Shown piece by piece: positions 24,718-36,004 of a DNA stretch of 64,000 nucleotides. The translations under genes and the position numbers were made by a program. Each line of letters opens with the position of its first letter. Positions within the stretch are counted from its first letter, which is position 1. Where the stretch lies: assembly GCA_002633005.1 (NCBI GenBank), contig NMRA01000200.1, positions 1 through 64,000 on the forward strand, written 5' to 3'. The stretch comes from Phoronis australis (taxonomy: Eukaryota > Animalia > Phoronida). The notes beneath the pieces are model-generated. The model did not search any database and was not told the origin of the DNA. It worked only from the letters and a program-made list of their open reading frames with translations.

Positions 24718-27700
24718 TAATAACTAGCCGCTCCGGCGTGACTGGGCAGACTAAGATTTATGAGCTGAGGTGGACGTAACCGTTGAAGGTAAGCTTAACA
24801 CAGTTAATACCCGTTGACAGGGACGGAGAAAATCACAGGTATTATCGTTGTTTCACTTGTTCCTTCACTCATTGTCTTATTATCATCTCTTGAATTAAAG
24901 GGGGGCAAATGTTATCGCAGGCGTACTCTATAGTCGTTAGGAACTCCCCCTGCATTATTATTATATGAGATTCATGTAGAGCTGTTTAGGAGAGAAGCCC
25001 GGGACCTCTCGGCACGACCAATAAATAGAAAAGCCGCCGGCATGCCATTTTTGGGATCACCTGAACGCTTTATGGTTCAGGATCCACTTTGCGACATCTT
25101 AGATTCACCAGTGTGACATGTTGAGATATGACAATAAGCACAATTCAGCAAACGTGCATTATATGTCCGATTTAGGACTATTGATAAAAACCAGGGCTGT
25201 GGTGTTTCGGAAACCCGAGATATTCGCAAAGAATTACGGCGATAAATAGTCGCTAATGGAACAGAAGTGAGTTCTATCCCAAACTGAAGCACCATGAGTA
25301 ATCTCATAAGTTGCTTAGACAATAAAATCGGTTGTGTTTTTGTGATTTTATTATGTATCACCGATTCTTGTAACAAAGGCTGCAGTCGAAATAAACTAAA
25401 ATCGAGGTGACGAGCTCAGCTTTTTCGTTGCTGGGCGTCCAGAAAATGCCCCGTACGCGGGCGGTGTGTAGTTCCGATCAAAATCTGCGTGAAAAAGACG
25501 AGGCCGGCTAATTTTCTGAGTGTCATAAGTGAGACAAAGAGACGAAGCACGTAACTCTAGAACAAGCATTTTGGGAACAAAATTGAGCGTTCCAGACTGC
25601 CGTGCAACATTTGTTGAACTTTCCAAGAATACCGAGCTTAAAGATATCTCAAACCTTATTCACAAAAATTGGCCATTTTTACAATATTTCACATATGCCC
25701 AGCAAACCACCTTGTCTTCATTCTCGGGGTACTTCAAATACGAAATATGTACCGTGTAGCGAGAAAAAAAAATAGCTGAACCACCTTGGAACCGCACAGC
25801 CGCGTGGAAATTTGTTTACTACTTATCCGAGTTCAAAGGTTACAGATCACTTAAATCGAATTTCCCGCCAGAAACAGAGCAGCTTCGTATGAACCCTCAG
25901 TCCTTTCATTCACCGAGTTGCCATAATATTGAGTCAACAAGGTGTACAACTGATAGAACAATGCCGAGGGAACTGTGCTTCTACACGTTTACGACTGTTG
26001 AGAACGAATGCTACAAGTCGCCTCACGCCTTTGTGACTTAGTGCTCACGAACACAGCAATTTGTGAAAGGAGATACATCTTTAGCCTACCCAAACTCCTT
26101 AATTTGATAGGTTGACATTTCAATGTTTCGATCTCATGCTCAAGGCATGCTTTAACTACCGACTCGATTTTTGTTACCCATTTCTTACATGGTTTCTTAT
26201 ATCAGACTCCCGGCGCATGATGTGTATAACAATTCAACTGTTGACCTACTTTTAAATAGGTCAACAGTTGATCCTGCCTCTCGGTTCGAGACATGCAGTA
26301 AAAAGAATTAACGTTTTAGCGATAATCAAGTTTATTACGCACTGCAAATGCAGTTGAAATTGCGCGTAAATGTTGAAATAATGAACTGGGCTAATGGGTG
26401 TATAGGTTATATTGACCAAAGACAAGTTTTCACCGAATAATCATCAGTAAGCGAAGTCGTTGAGATTTTCACGTCTGGCCACATAATCGCCTTTTTTCCA
26501 TCTTCGGCAAATCGACGTAATTTGAACTTAGGAACACCAGTTCTCGAAAACGGCTTGGTGGAAACGTTCTTCACTTGATATTTATACATCAGTCTCAAAA
26601 CCGCTGTTAGGATGTTTGATATAAAGGCCTATATTTGCGTAATGTAACAAAGACGAATATGACTTCTGCTTTGAACAAAATTATCTTACGTTTTGCGAGT
26701 TGATTTGCCAAAGAAGTCAAACGAAAAGACTAATCGACAATTCCTAACTGCATTTTTCAGGTAACTGGGGAAGTTTTTGTTTAAAAAGGTTTCATCAAAA
26801 TCACCCCGGGGAAATTTTACTATGAATGTACCTTACTTAAACATGAAATTTTGACTTGTAAAGGGTGTTAACGTGATAAAAATAGTGGCACATAAATATA
26901 AAACATAGTTTTGTATTTCCTGATCTTTTTTCTTTCAGAAAATATATACTTTTACCAATTGACGATGCATAGTTAGATTGGAGGCCACTAAATAAGGATA
27001 AACATCCGGGTGTTTGCATGCCTCTCCCGTCTTCCTTAGCTTGACATTAATTCTTACTTTTTATTGAATTCAAACGTTGCCCTTAAATTGTTTTTGAAAA
27101 CGGTTCCAGTCTTTAACCAATTGAACCAACTGAATCCGTCGCTAATAAAAGCCCTTACACGCAATATACCGGTTCAGAGAGCGGTTCATGTCTGTTCGAT
27201 AACCCGCCATGAACCGTGACCAAGTGGGCGGCTTTTTACACTGCAGTCAAAAGGCAGCGAAACAGAGTGAGCGGTACCCTGCAGCAAACGTGAATGCAGA
27301 ATCAGTGCCGAGTTTATTGGGGGGGAGGGGGGCAATTGACCCTGGTCCCCTTTTGGAGGGTAAACTACCAAGAGAGGACCCTTATTGTAATTACAAAAAA
27401 GGAAACATGAGTGACGATTGATCCCATTATCGACACCCTTCTTTCAGGCAGGATACATAATTCCACAAAAATAGGAAAATAACACCAATAACTGATCATA
27501 TCCTGGACCCTCTCCGAGAACGAACATCCTCAGATGAAAGCAAAAACTTTCCCCGTGTTCCTATCGCCAAGACTGCCGTGAAAAAATAAAAGCTAAACTT
27601 TTCGTTGGATGCCAGAGGTCCTCCCCACGTGGCGGATGTATACAGGATTGTTCAGATTATGTTAAAAGGTTGCGGGTTACCGCTGCCTGAACCGACATTG

Positions 27701-29099
27701 TGTGAAAAAGATCTAGTCTCAATTTTGCCGAGTGATCTCAGTCAGTCGGCAGCATTTTCATACAAATCTCGTTTTCCGAAATGGACAAATCCAATTTTAA
27801 AACCTGATAACTTAATACTAACCTATGTAATTTTGGAAGCCACGTTACTTGCTGTTGGACATCATACCTGAACTCTAAAATTCCATGTCGGGCAAAATGA
27901 GTTTGCGACTAAGGCGATACTTGAAGGTTATAAGTGATTCAACAACTGGGGATGTCGAAGGTCACTGGCCTCGCAGATTCAAGAAAAGAAATTCGTGTAA
28001 TTTTGTTCCTCCAATTTTGCGCGTTATACTCACACTTGATTGTGAATTAGTGTCGTAAGTTTGCATCCAGTCGGCTGAAAACTCGAGAAATGGTAAAACT
28101 GAACAGACTTATCACGCTCTTTACACTATTCTCATATGAGTTCTTTCCAGTACCATATAAATTTAAACAATTTTGTGGATTTCGTCAGAGCGAGCGTCAT
28201 TAAAACTTCAGGAGAAAATCATTTTAACTGTTTAAGTTCAATAATTTGACTAATCAAAGCTAAAACCCTCTCCGACATCATGCCGTCGAGTCGATTGAAT
28301 TTTTCTAAAACATAGCTCATCTTTCTAGCTCATATCTCAGCCTTTTAGAAGCCGTATGAATAGTGGAGGTAAATGCCAACATGTCAATTAAATCCAGCTT
28401 TGATAGAAACCAGATACTAACCATGTCATAAAAAGCATCCGTCATACTATACGAGTTCCGGGTAGAGGCTAACCCATTCCAATCTTTGGTGATTTGTTTT
28501 AAAAACAAAGTCAACGGAGACTGGTCCTCTCTATGAGGGCTCAAAGTGGTTTCCCCAATCCCACCCGGTAACAGGTAGAACCCGTCTATAAGCTCTGCAC
28601 TCTCCGTCTACACCGTGTTGGTGTTAGTTTCCTCCCAGTCTCCAGTGCGCAGTCGTCTTCGCGCAGTCGAGTTTCTGACTCTCTTTGCTTCCTTATTTGG
28701 AAAGTCACGCGAACTGAATGGCCGCGATAATTCTCCAAAATCCACTCGGGCTCTAGATAACGGGGGATAACGACTTCGCCATGTAATAATCTATAAATAC
28801 GAAAAACTGCTTGTGCAACGAATTTCCGGCGCGAACCATATTTTGGAACAAATTAAACTGTTTAAGCAGTTCCGTCAAATTATAAGACACAGTGGATACT
28901 CATCGACCCATTCATATCATTGAACAGTTCAGATCAGTCAATAATCCTCTCGAACGCTCTGGTTGACTGATATTTCAGTTGTGTTTGAAATGAAATCACG
29001 CCTGATCGTAAGATCACATACGTGTGTTCTTGGAACTTAGGTTCACTCGACTAAACTTGAGATCACATAAAGAAGAGCTTTCGTACGTCCACTAAGAAT

Positions 29100-29390
29100 T
29101 TTGGAAAACCCAAGAGCACGCCCATGTGCGTATTTTCGGAAATTTTTCCAAAAGCACGCACATGGGCGTATTTTCGGTAACGGTGCGTGTATTGAAAATA
29201 TGTTTTTATAATTTTTTTTTGTTCATTTCGACAAGACATTATATTTTTGGATCGTGATTTAAGTCATTTAACGAGGAATAGGGTGAAGCTTTTTTGTTAC
29301 TAACCGTATTTGATACAGTATGAACGACAGTTTTAATGACACCATTTTCCGAAAATACGCCCCCTTTTCCGGAAATACGCCCGGAGTATA
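29100..29390. repeat. Decayed MITE-like repeat with acgcccatgggcgt palindromic motifs
   Basis: Repeated gcacgcccatgtgcgtattttcgg and ccgaaaatacgccc motifs in both orientations. A related cluster lies at 34120-34350. Confidence 0.45.
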
Positions 29391-31073
29391 TTCAGTTTCA
29401 TTTGACGTTTATGAAAGCTCATTTTCCGAGTATCCGCCGATGGGCGGAAATTCCCTCTGCAAGGTCTCTTGGAACTTTTCTTCTTTCTATATAAAACGAT
29501 CTTTTGTAATAAAAATCTTTACAAACACGACTACTTACCCAGTCTGAAGGATGCTTGAACGAACTCAGAATTCCCTATTCACTGTGGTATTAAGTTCACG
29601 CGCGATATCTCAACTAACCAGTGATAGACAACAACGCCGTAAATAGGGGTTTCTTCGTTCTGTGTTGGATTTTTCTAACAAAGTGCATTTATTGCGCCCG
29701 CTGGTGTTATTCGTTCTCATTTCATAAGCATTGCAAAAAGTAAAGTATATTGCCAACCTACATACATATTCAGGAAAATGAGTGTAGGCGATGACAATCA
29801 AAATAAGGACAAAAAATTTTCATGAAGTATGTTGCAAATGTTTATTGCAACGATTTTCCTTCAGCTATGACCTGACCGGGGTTTTTTAGTGACTCCTCAG
29901 TCAAGGCCTGGGTATTCATACGGAGAACAAATCGAACACAAAATTGTGTTAATTGTGAGTAAGGAGTTGTTTTAAAAAGACACAAAATACAAATAGATAA
30001 TCTATAAAAATTTGGTTGCTTTCATTTTTTACCAATGAGCTCATTTATTGACTGCGTTTAGAATTAAATTTCGTCCATCTCCTTAGTGGCACATAAAATC
30101 AGGTCCAATCCAGTCGCGTGGCTATTTTAAGAACTTGCACACTTACAGACACATAACATTACTTATGTGTTGATTTGATGCTGGTTAAAAGCTTATGTCA
30201 TACTTTAAATTTTTATGAATTTAAAAAAGAAATCTAAACACTCACACTTCACGCTGTATGCGGACTCACGAGATGTGGCACGTTTGACATTTTATTTGGC
30301 TTCCGTCTCTTAGGTGGGGTGTGAGGTCAAGTGTATATCAGGCGGAGGTCCATATGATGGTTGATGACCGCAGGGGGAGGGAGGGGGGTCTATGAGCAGA
30401 TTACAACAGAAAAAAGTTTCATAATAGCACATTCACTTGTTTGTATGAATTATCCGTTCACCATCGTGAACGACTCATTAACCATCAAAAACTGGATGGT
30501 TTGAATTTGGTTAGTACGCTTCATTCTCCTTTCGGTGCAAGGTCTGTAATGAAATTTGATTATACCTTTAAAATTATGCACTCAAGATGATACAGTGGGC
30601 TTCAGGCACATACATGTACCTACAAATTTTCCACTACACCATTGGATTTAGCACATACGTTTGACAGCACGTACCGCCAAGTGGTCAGTGCGTGCAGCCT
30701 CTCGCTTGGGTGACAAACAAGGCAAACTCAAGTCCATTGAGTGCCAGTGCCGCGACAACATAACGCAGCGAAAATGTTCAGTCGTTTCATCTGGAATTCA
30801 AGGTTAAATGGTCTGATTGGTTAGAAAGTGAGTTACCCGGAAACAATAAATGCTCCAAGGATTAGCCAATCCGAAGTGGCCTAGATGATTTATAGTTCTT
30901 AAAAATTACAAGTAATCATTTTGTAGATCAAATACGCCGTGTGTTGAAGTCAGTGGTGAACGACCACAAACGAGGTAAGCAATTCAATCTGCGTTGTAAC
31001 TACAAATTTGCGATCTATAAAATATACTTTTCAATGTCTTTGAATTCTGTTAGAAAAGACGAGAGTTTAAATG

Positions 31074-31229
31074 TAGTGCTATAGTGGAGCGTAGGCGCAC
31101 GTAGGCGCAACCAACCACCTTTTGGCATTTGAACGTAGCGCCTACGCACCGTAAGTTACGTTCAGTGCTCAAGGTGATACGGTGGGCTTTGGGCACCTAC
31201 TTACCTCAAATTTTACCACTACAGCACAG
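31074..31229. mobile_element. 156-bp deletion derivative of the hAT-like element at 31274-32432, in opposite orientation
   Basis: tagtgctatagtgg...ccactacagcacag, made of the two ends of the longer element. The flanks tttaaatg and gttagatg match at 6 of 8 positions. Confidence 0.7.
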
Positions 31230-31273
31230 GTTAGATGTGGCGGGAAATTCATTGCACAACCCCTTCTGACTGA

Positions 31274-32432
31274 CAGTGCTGTAGTGGTAAATTTAGAGGT
31301 AAATAGGCGCCCAAAGCCTACCGTATCACCTTGAGCACTGAATTTTAAAAGTGCATTGAATTCGCCGAACTTGACTCACAAACATGTAGGCCCATTTTTT
31401 ACTCAAGAATAGGTATTAACTTCGATTTTGCAGTGGCGAATCTCGGATGTCACAACAGAAAAGGGGGCCCAACCACACATAAAGGAAGGCAAAGATCCGC
31501 GTGCATTCCAATCGGTTTCTAAAGGAGGACCAAACACAATTATAAAGGAAAATAGACGCGTAACGCTCAGAAACGATATGCTGGCGACTTTTTTTAGTCG
31601 CCCATGGGGTTTGTCCTCAGGGCACTACGGTCACCCTTTATCCGCGTATGATGTGGCATCAGAATTGTTTACTTTATCTTGAAAAATTAATCTAAAACTT
31701 CATTACTTGGAGAACACATGTTACTCCACACTCTTCTAAGACTAATTACACAAACACTACACAAGCACTGATGTTTCAATGAGCTGAACACTATGTACAA
31801 TGTGCACACGTGCATGAGCTGAACACTATGTACAATGTGCACACCTGCATGCACTCATGTACAATGCATAAACTTGGAGGTTTTCTTGCAAGCAGCTGTT
31901 CTCATTTTTCATTTAGTTTTAAAGTTAGTAAAATACCAGGTATCAGCGACCTGTCCAAAGATAAAGTGCTTAGTTACAGAATCCTCCACAAACTCAAGTT
32001 TTTTGTCGGCAGCCTTGTTCTTTTCGAAGTTACGTGATGATCTGGACTGAGAACTATCAGGAGTTCCGTGTTGTCGAATCTACGTTTCGGCATAAGGTTG
32101 AATCGGGTCGGACATTGGAAAGCGGGGAACCATTGACCTTGCCAAACAGCGAGCTGGAGGTGGTTCCTAATTGCTAGCAAATAAGGGCTGTCTGTTACTA
32201 TCCGATTCATTTCGCTGTATGCTTGTTCACATCTATCGTATCAAGACTACGCCCGACTATACCGGTCACTTACTGTGCGTAGGCGCTACATTAAGATGTG
32301 AAAAGATGGTTGGTTGCGCCTACGTGAACCTACGCCCCAGTGTAACGTAACTCACGGTGCGTAGGCGCTACGTTCAAATGCCAAAAGGTGGTTGGCTGCG
32401 CCTACGTGCGCCTACAACCCACTACAGCACTG
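31274..32432. mobile_element. Non-autonomous hAT-like DNA transposon
   Basis: Perfect 14-bp TIR cagtgctgtagtgg / ccactacagcactg. Perfect 8-bp TSD ctgactga at 31266-31273 and 32433-32440. Subterminal gcgtaggcgc repeats. Confidence 0.9.
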
Positions 32433-34119
32433 CTGACTGACCCTCCCAACCAAACCACAGAGCGGTCACCTAAGCAATAAAATTTTCTTTTTGCTTTTGA
32501 TATGACGCCGACGTCTTTCGGTAACGGCAGCACGTGTATATGTAGCCACATTTCGCTTATACTGTGCTTCTGTCAGTTGGTAGTACTTGTGCAGCACTGA
32601 CGTAAGGTGTACATTCGTTTTTGTACTTGAGTGCCGCCAATAAATTGCTAGACTCCCATGACTATTTACAGAACGATAAAGAAATAATAAACAAACGACG
32701 TTTCACGTGTTCTCTGCAGTTTATTTAATGTGAAAGTGAACAACAGGTTAGTCATCATCAACTCGCTAGGTTTTCAAAAAGTGACAGTATCTCTGATTGC
32801 GGTACGAAACCGATTGCGACGCGTCTGCAGGAAAGGCTGGTCGACGGAGAGAGTATCGTGTTCGACTGCTTTTTCTGACGTCGACAGTTATTTTAAAATT
32901 ATCCAACCTTATCTCTGCAACAGCAGTCTAATAACGGAAATCGTGCTCACCGTAGTAGGTGTAATGGACCTAAACAGTGTCAATATGGTGGATGGCACAC
33001 TCGCACTCTGCGATTGTATTTAATGATCTCAGCTCACCAATAGTCTGAAGAGTAATTGAGATTGACAGGAGAAAGCGCAATCATCGACGTTCGCTATTTA
33101 GTTGGAATGCACGGGAACTGATATTAAAAGGAGTAGTGAGCTAGCGTCTTCAGTCGACCTCTCGGTCTTTGTCAATTTCAAGCTACTTTTCTCAAGTCGG
33201 CGGATGTCGTTTTCTCCTCAAATCAATCAACATGTGTTGGCAGCCAGACAGCTGTTGCCAGGAAGATTACTTTGTTTTTAGGCGTGTGCACTATGGGTAC
33301 GTTACCAGTAAACAGTAAACACACAGATAATTATACCAGTACTCTTGATGGTTACAGCATGCTCAGAGTAATCAAGGTAACGTATGTAAATGTTGTTAAG
33401 CGTTGGTGCCTTCCAAATGTTACAATTATATTAGACGCTGCTTCAACAGATCGAAAATGGCCAACTTCAAAGTTAGATGAACTAAGAGTGAAGAATTTAA
33501 TTAAAGTTATGGGAGACCTTATGAAGACGACTTATGAAGACGACTTATGAACACGACTGCTTATTCAGCCAAATATCTACAAAGCTATAGATTTTAACTT
33601 ATTAAAAGTTTAAGTTTTCTGAAACTAGAAAGCCTGTAGAATTGGATTGTGGTCTTTTTGTTATTGGTTGGGTCACGTGACCACGTCTTTTTAATACAAT
33701 TTAAGAAAGGTACAGTGGTAGGTAAACAACTGAATCAATAACATTATTTAATTTTACTTATATCAATTTTAATGGTGAGATCTCAAAAACGCAGCTTTTT
33801 AAAATATCGTTTCGTTTTTGTTTTGTGCATGCACGAAAATCATAAAAGTCCTATATTTGATAGCCCCTTATGCAAAAGGGGGATATTTTAAAAACAATTC
33901 GTAACAGGGTTTTGGAGATTAGTACAGCATAGTATCTAATTAAATTTGGAATTGCCATGACCAAAGGCACTATAGCTGCTTCCGGCGGCTCAAATTAACC
34001 TATCGTGACAAGCAGTACTCTAGAGCCGAAGCAATAACAAACCGTTAGTTATTCTCAAACCCAGAAATCATTTCCGGTCTAAGTAGCTAACAAAATGACA
34101 CCGAATTTATAGCGATTAC

Positions 34120-34350
34120 AGGGAATTTCCGAAAATAGGTCCACCCACATGTACGCTGATGGGTGTGTTTCGTTTTTATAAATGATAAATGCTCCACAAA
34201 ACTGAATTTTTGAAAAAAAGTTGACGCTGAGAGTTCCGAATAAACGCCCCACTATTTGGACACTTGACACCAGAAGTTGTAACACCAAATAACGCCCATG
34301 GGCGTTTATTCGGCATAATTTTCCGAACAAACGCCCATTGGCGTTTCATC
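34120..34350. repeat. Decayed MITE-like repeat (aataaacgccc / gggcgtttatt palindromes)
   Basis: ccgaataaacgccc, aataacgcccatgggcgtttattcgg and ccgaacaaacgcccattggcgttt. Confidence 0.45.
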
Positions 34351-34507
34351 GGGTGGGCATATCTATTGAGAATCCTGGTAGTTATCTTACTGACACTACA
34401 ACAAAAATGTTCTTGTGGCATGACACAAAAATATTTCCGTGCATTATTTTTAGTATTTTCGGTAGTCTAATTCTTCCAAGGGTCGTTCCTGTCTGCGCAC
34501 TGATACG

Positions 34508-34676
34508 CCGTAAAATGTAACAATTTCGTAAAATGTAACAATTGTTACATTTTATGTCGTTACATTTTACGTTGCTAGACCTCTCATAAAATGTAACAAG
34601 TTGTTACATTTTATGTAATTGTTACAATTTGCGTCAAATGCGCATGCGAGAAATGTAGTATTGTTACATTTTACGA
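34508..34676. repeat. Cluster of direct and inverted taaaatgtaaca motifs (subterminal-type repeats)
   Basis: About 8 copies of aaaatgtaac or gttacatttt within 170 bp, several forming hairpins. Confidence 0.6.
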
Positions 34677-34744
34677 AAGTGACGTCATATTTCATGAGTT
34701 TGCATGGTATTTGTCACACGGAGGAAAACCGTTGACACACTTGA

Positions 34745-36004
34745 AGGCGAAGGCAACCTTTTTCATGTAATTTTTAGCAAAAATAAGGTTCCTTGATTAT
34801 CCCAGACATGTTTTTCACTTATTTACTGATTTTCGTAATTCAATTAATTACTCGTCGTCTACTCCTGAAGTGACGTTTTGGGAGGCAAGAATTTCACGCC
34901 AATTTCTTTTCATATAGTCTGACTGTGAGAGTAGTCGAGTGGAGGACCTGCGCTCTTTTGTTTGATAATTGCTCTAATCTCCGATCAGATCGTATCTAGC
35001 CTGACTGGGGTGGGCTGATAAAAATGAAAGTTAAGTTAAGCCAGATATTATCGCACGTTCAGCACCCCTGACGTCTGGAAAAGTTACTGAACGGCAGGAC
35101 GCTGTAATGTGGGGTGTACTCATTATTGTCTTATGTACAGAGGAAGAACTGTCCCACTTGCACGAGTGTCCCGCGACACACTCCCACTGGAGGGTGATCT
35201 GAGCACCCAAACTGCTTACATCCCACCGTGTGACTCCCTCGCCACACACCTGGCACCTTCTATATAGCTCCAATACAAGTCCACAATAAACTTATCAAAC
35301 TCAGGCTCACCGATCTGTTCATTGGATGACAAACTGTCTTCTTCACTGGGTGTCGAACTGGGCCTGTATTCACTCCCACTACTCAACATCGCTGCAGGGC
35401 TGCTTACAGGCTCTGGGCTAGAGACAACAGCACAGGGCGAATCACTGCTAGTTCCCGGAATTGCACGCAATGTGGTACGTTTGGAGGCACGGGTGACAGT
35501 TGATGAAGCGCCTCCAGTCACTGTATATAGTGGCCACAGCTCGCGAGGCTTCTCGCTTCAAAAATGCACTTCTTGGGGTTGGCGACGGGGCACTGCCAGG
35601 AATCAACGACGGTATGGTACCCTTCTTCAGGCGTTGTTTCTCAGGGACCTTTATCAATTCAGCGTACATATCTCTCTCGTAATCTGACGGCAGAAAATGC
35701 TTGCCACACACTCGGTAACACCCCACTGCTTCGTACGTTGCGTGGACGGGTAGCGCTGCGTTCTTCACAGTGAACGAGCTAGCCAAGTACGGCGAAGTGT
35801 GTCATCCTTCGGAAAGCGACGCAAGGTACCCAAAGCTCTCACAGTCAGACTATAATGAAAAGAAATTGGCGCGAAACTCTTGCCTCCCAAAACGTCACTT
35901 CCGGAGTAGAGGACGAAAAGCTGTAATTAAGTGAAAAATGTGGCTGGGATAATCAACGAACCTTATTTTTGCTAAAAGTGACATGAAAAAGGTTGCCTTC
36001 GCCT
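34745..36004 (-). mobile_element. Internally deleted Kolobok-like DNA transposon with long TIRs and a THAP/transposase N-terminal remnant
   Basis: TIRs of ~170-187 bp (34745-34931 versus 35836-36004) with ends aggcgaaggcaacc / ggttgccttcgcct. The flanks ttga and ttac resemble decayed TTAA. The frameshifted interior reads RFPKDDTLRRTW..RVCGKHFLPSDY..RLKKGTIPSL (THAP C-terminal half), then KFIV..ELYRRCQVCG..WECVAGHSCKW. Confidence 0.75.
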
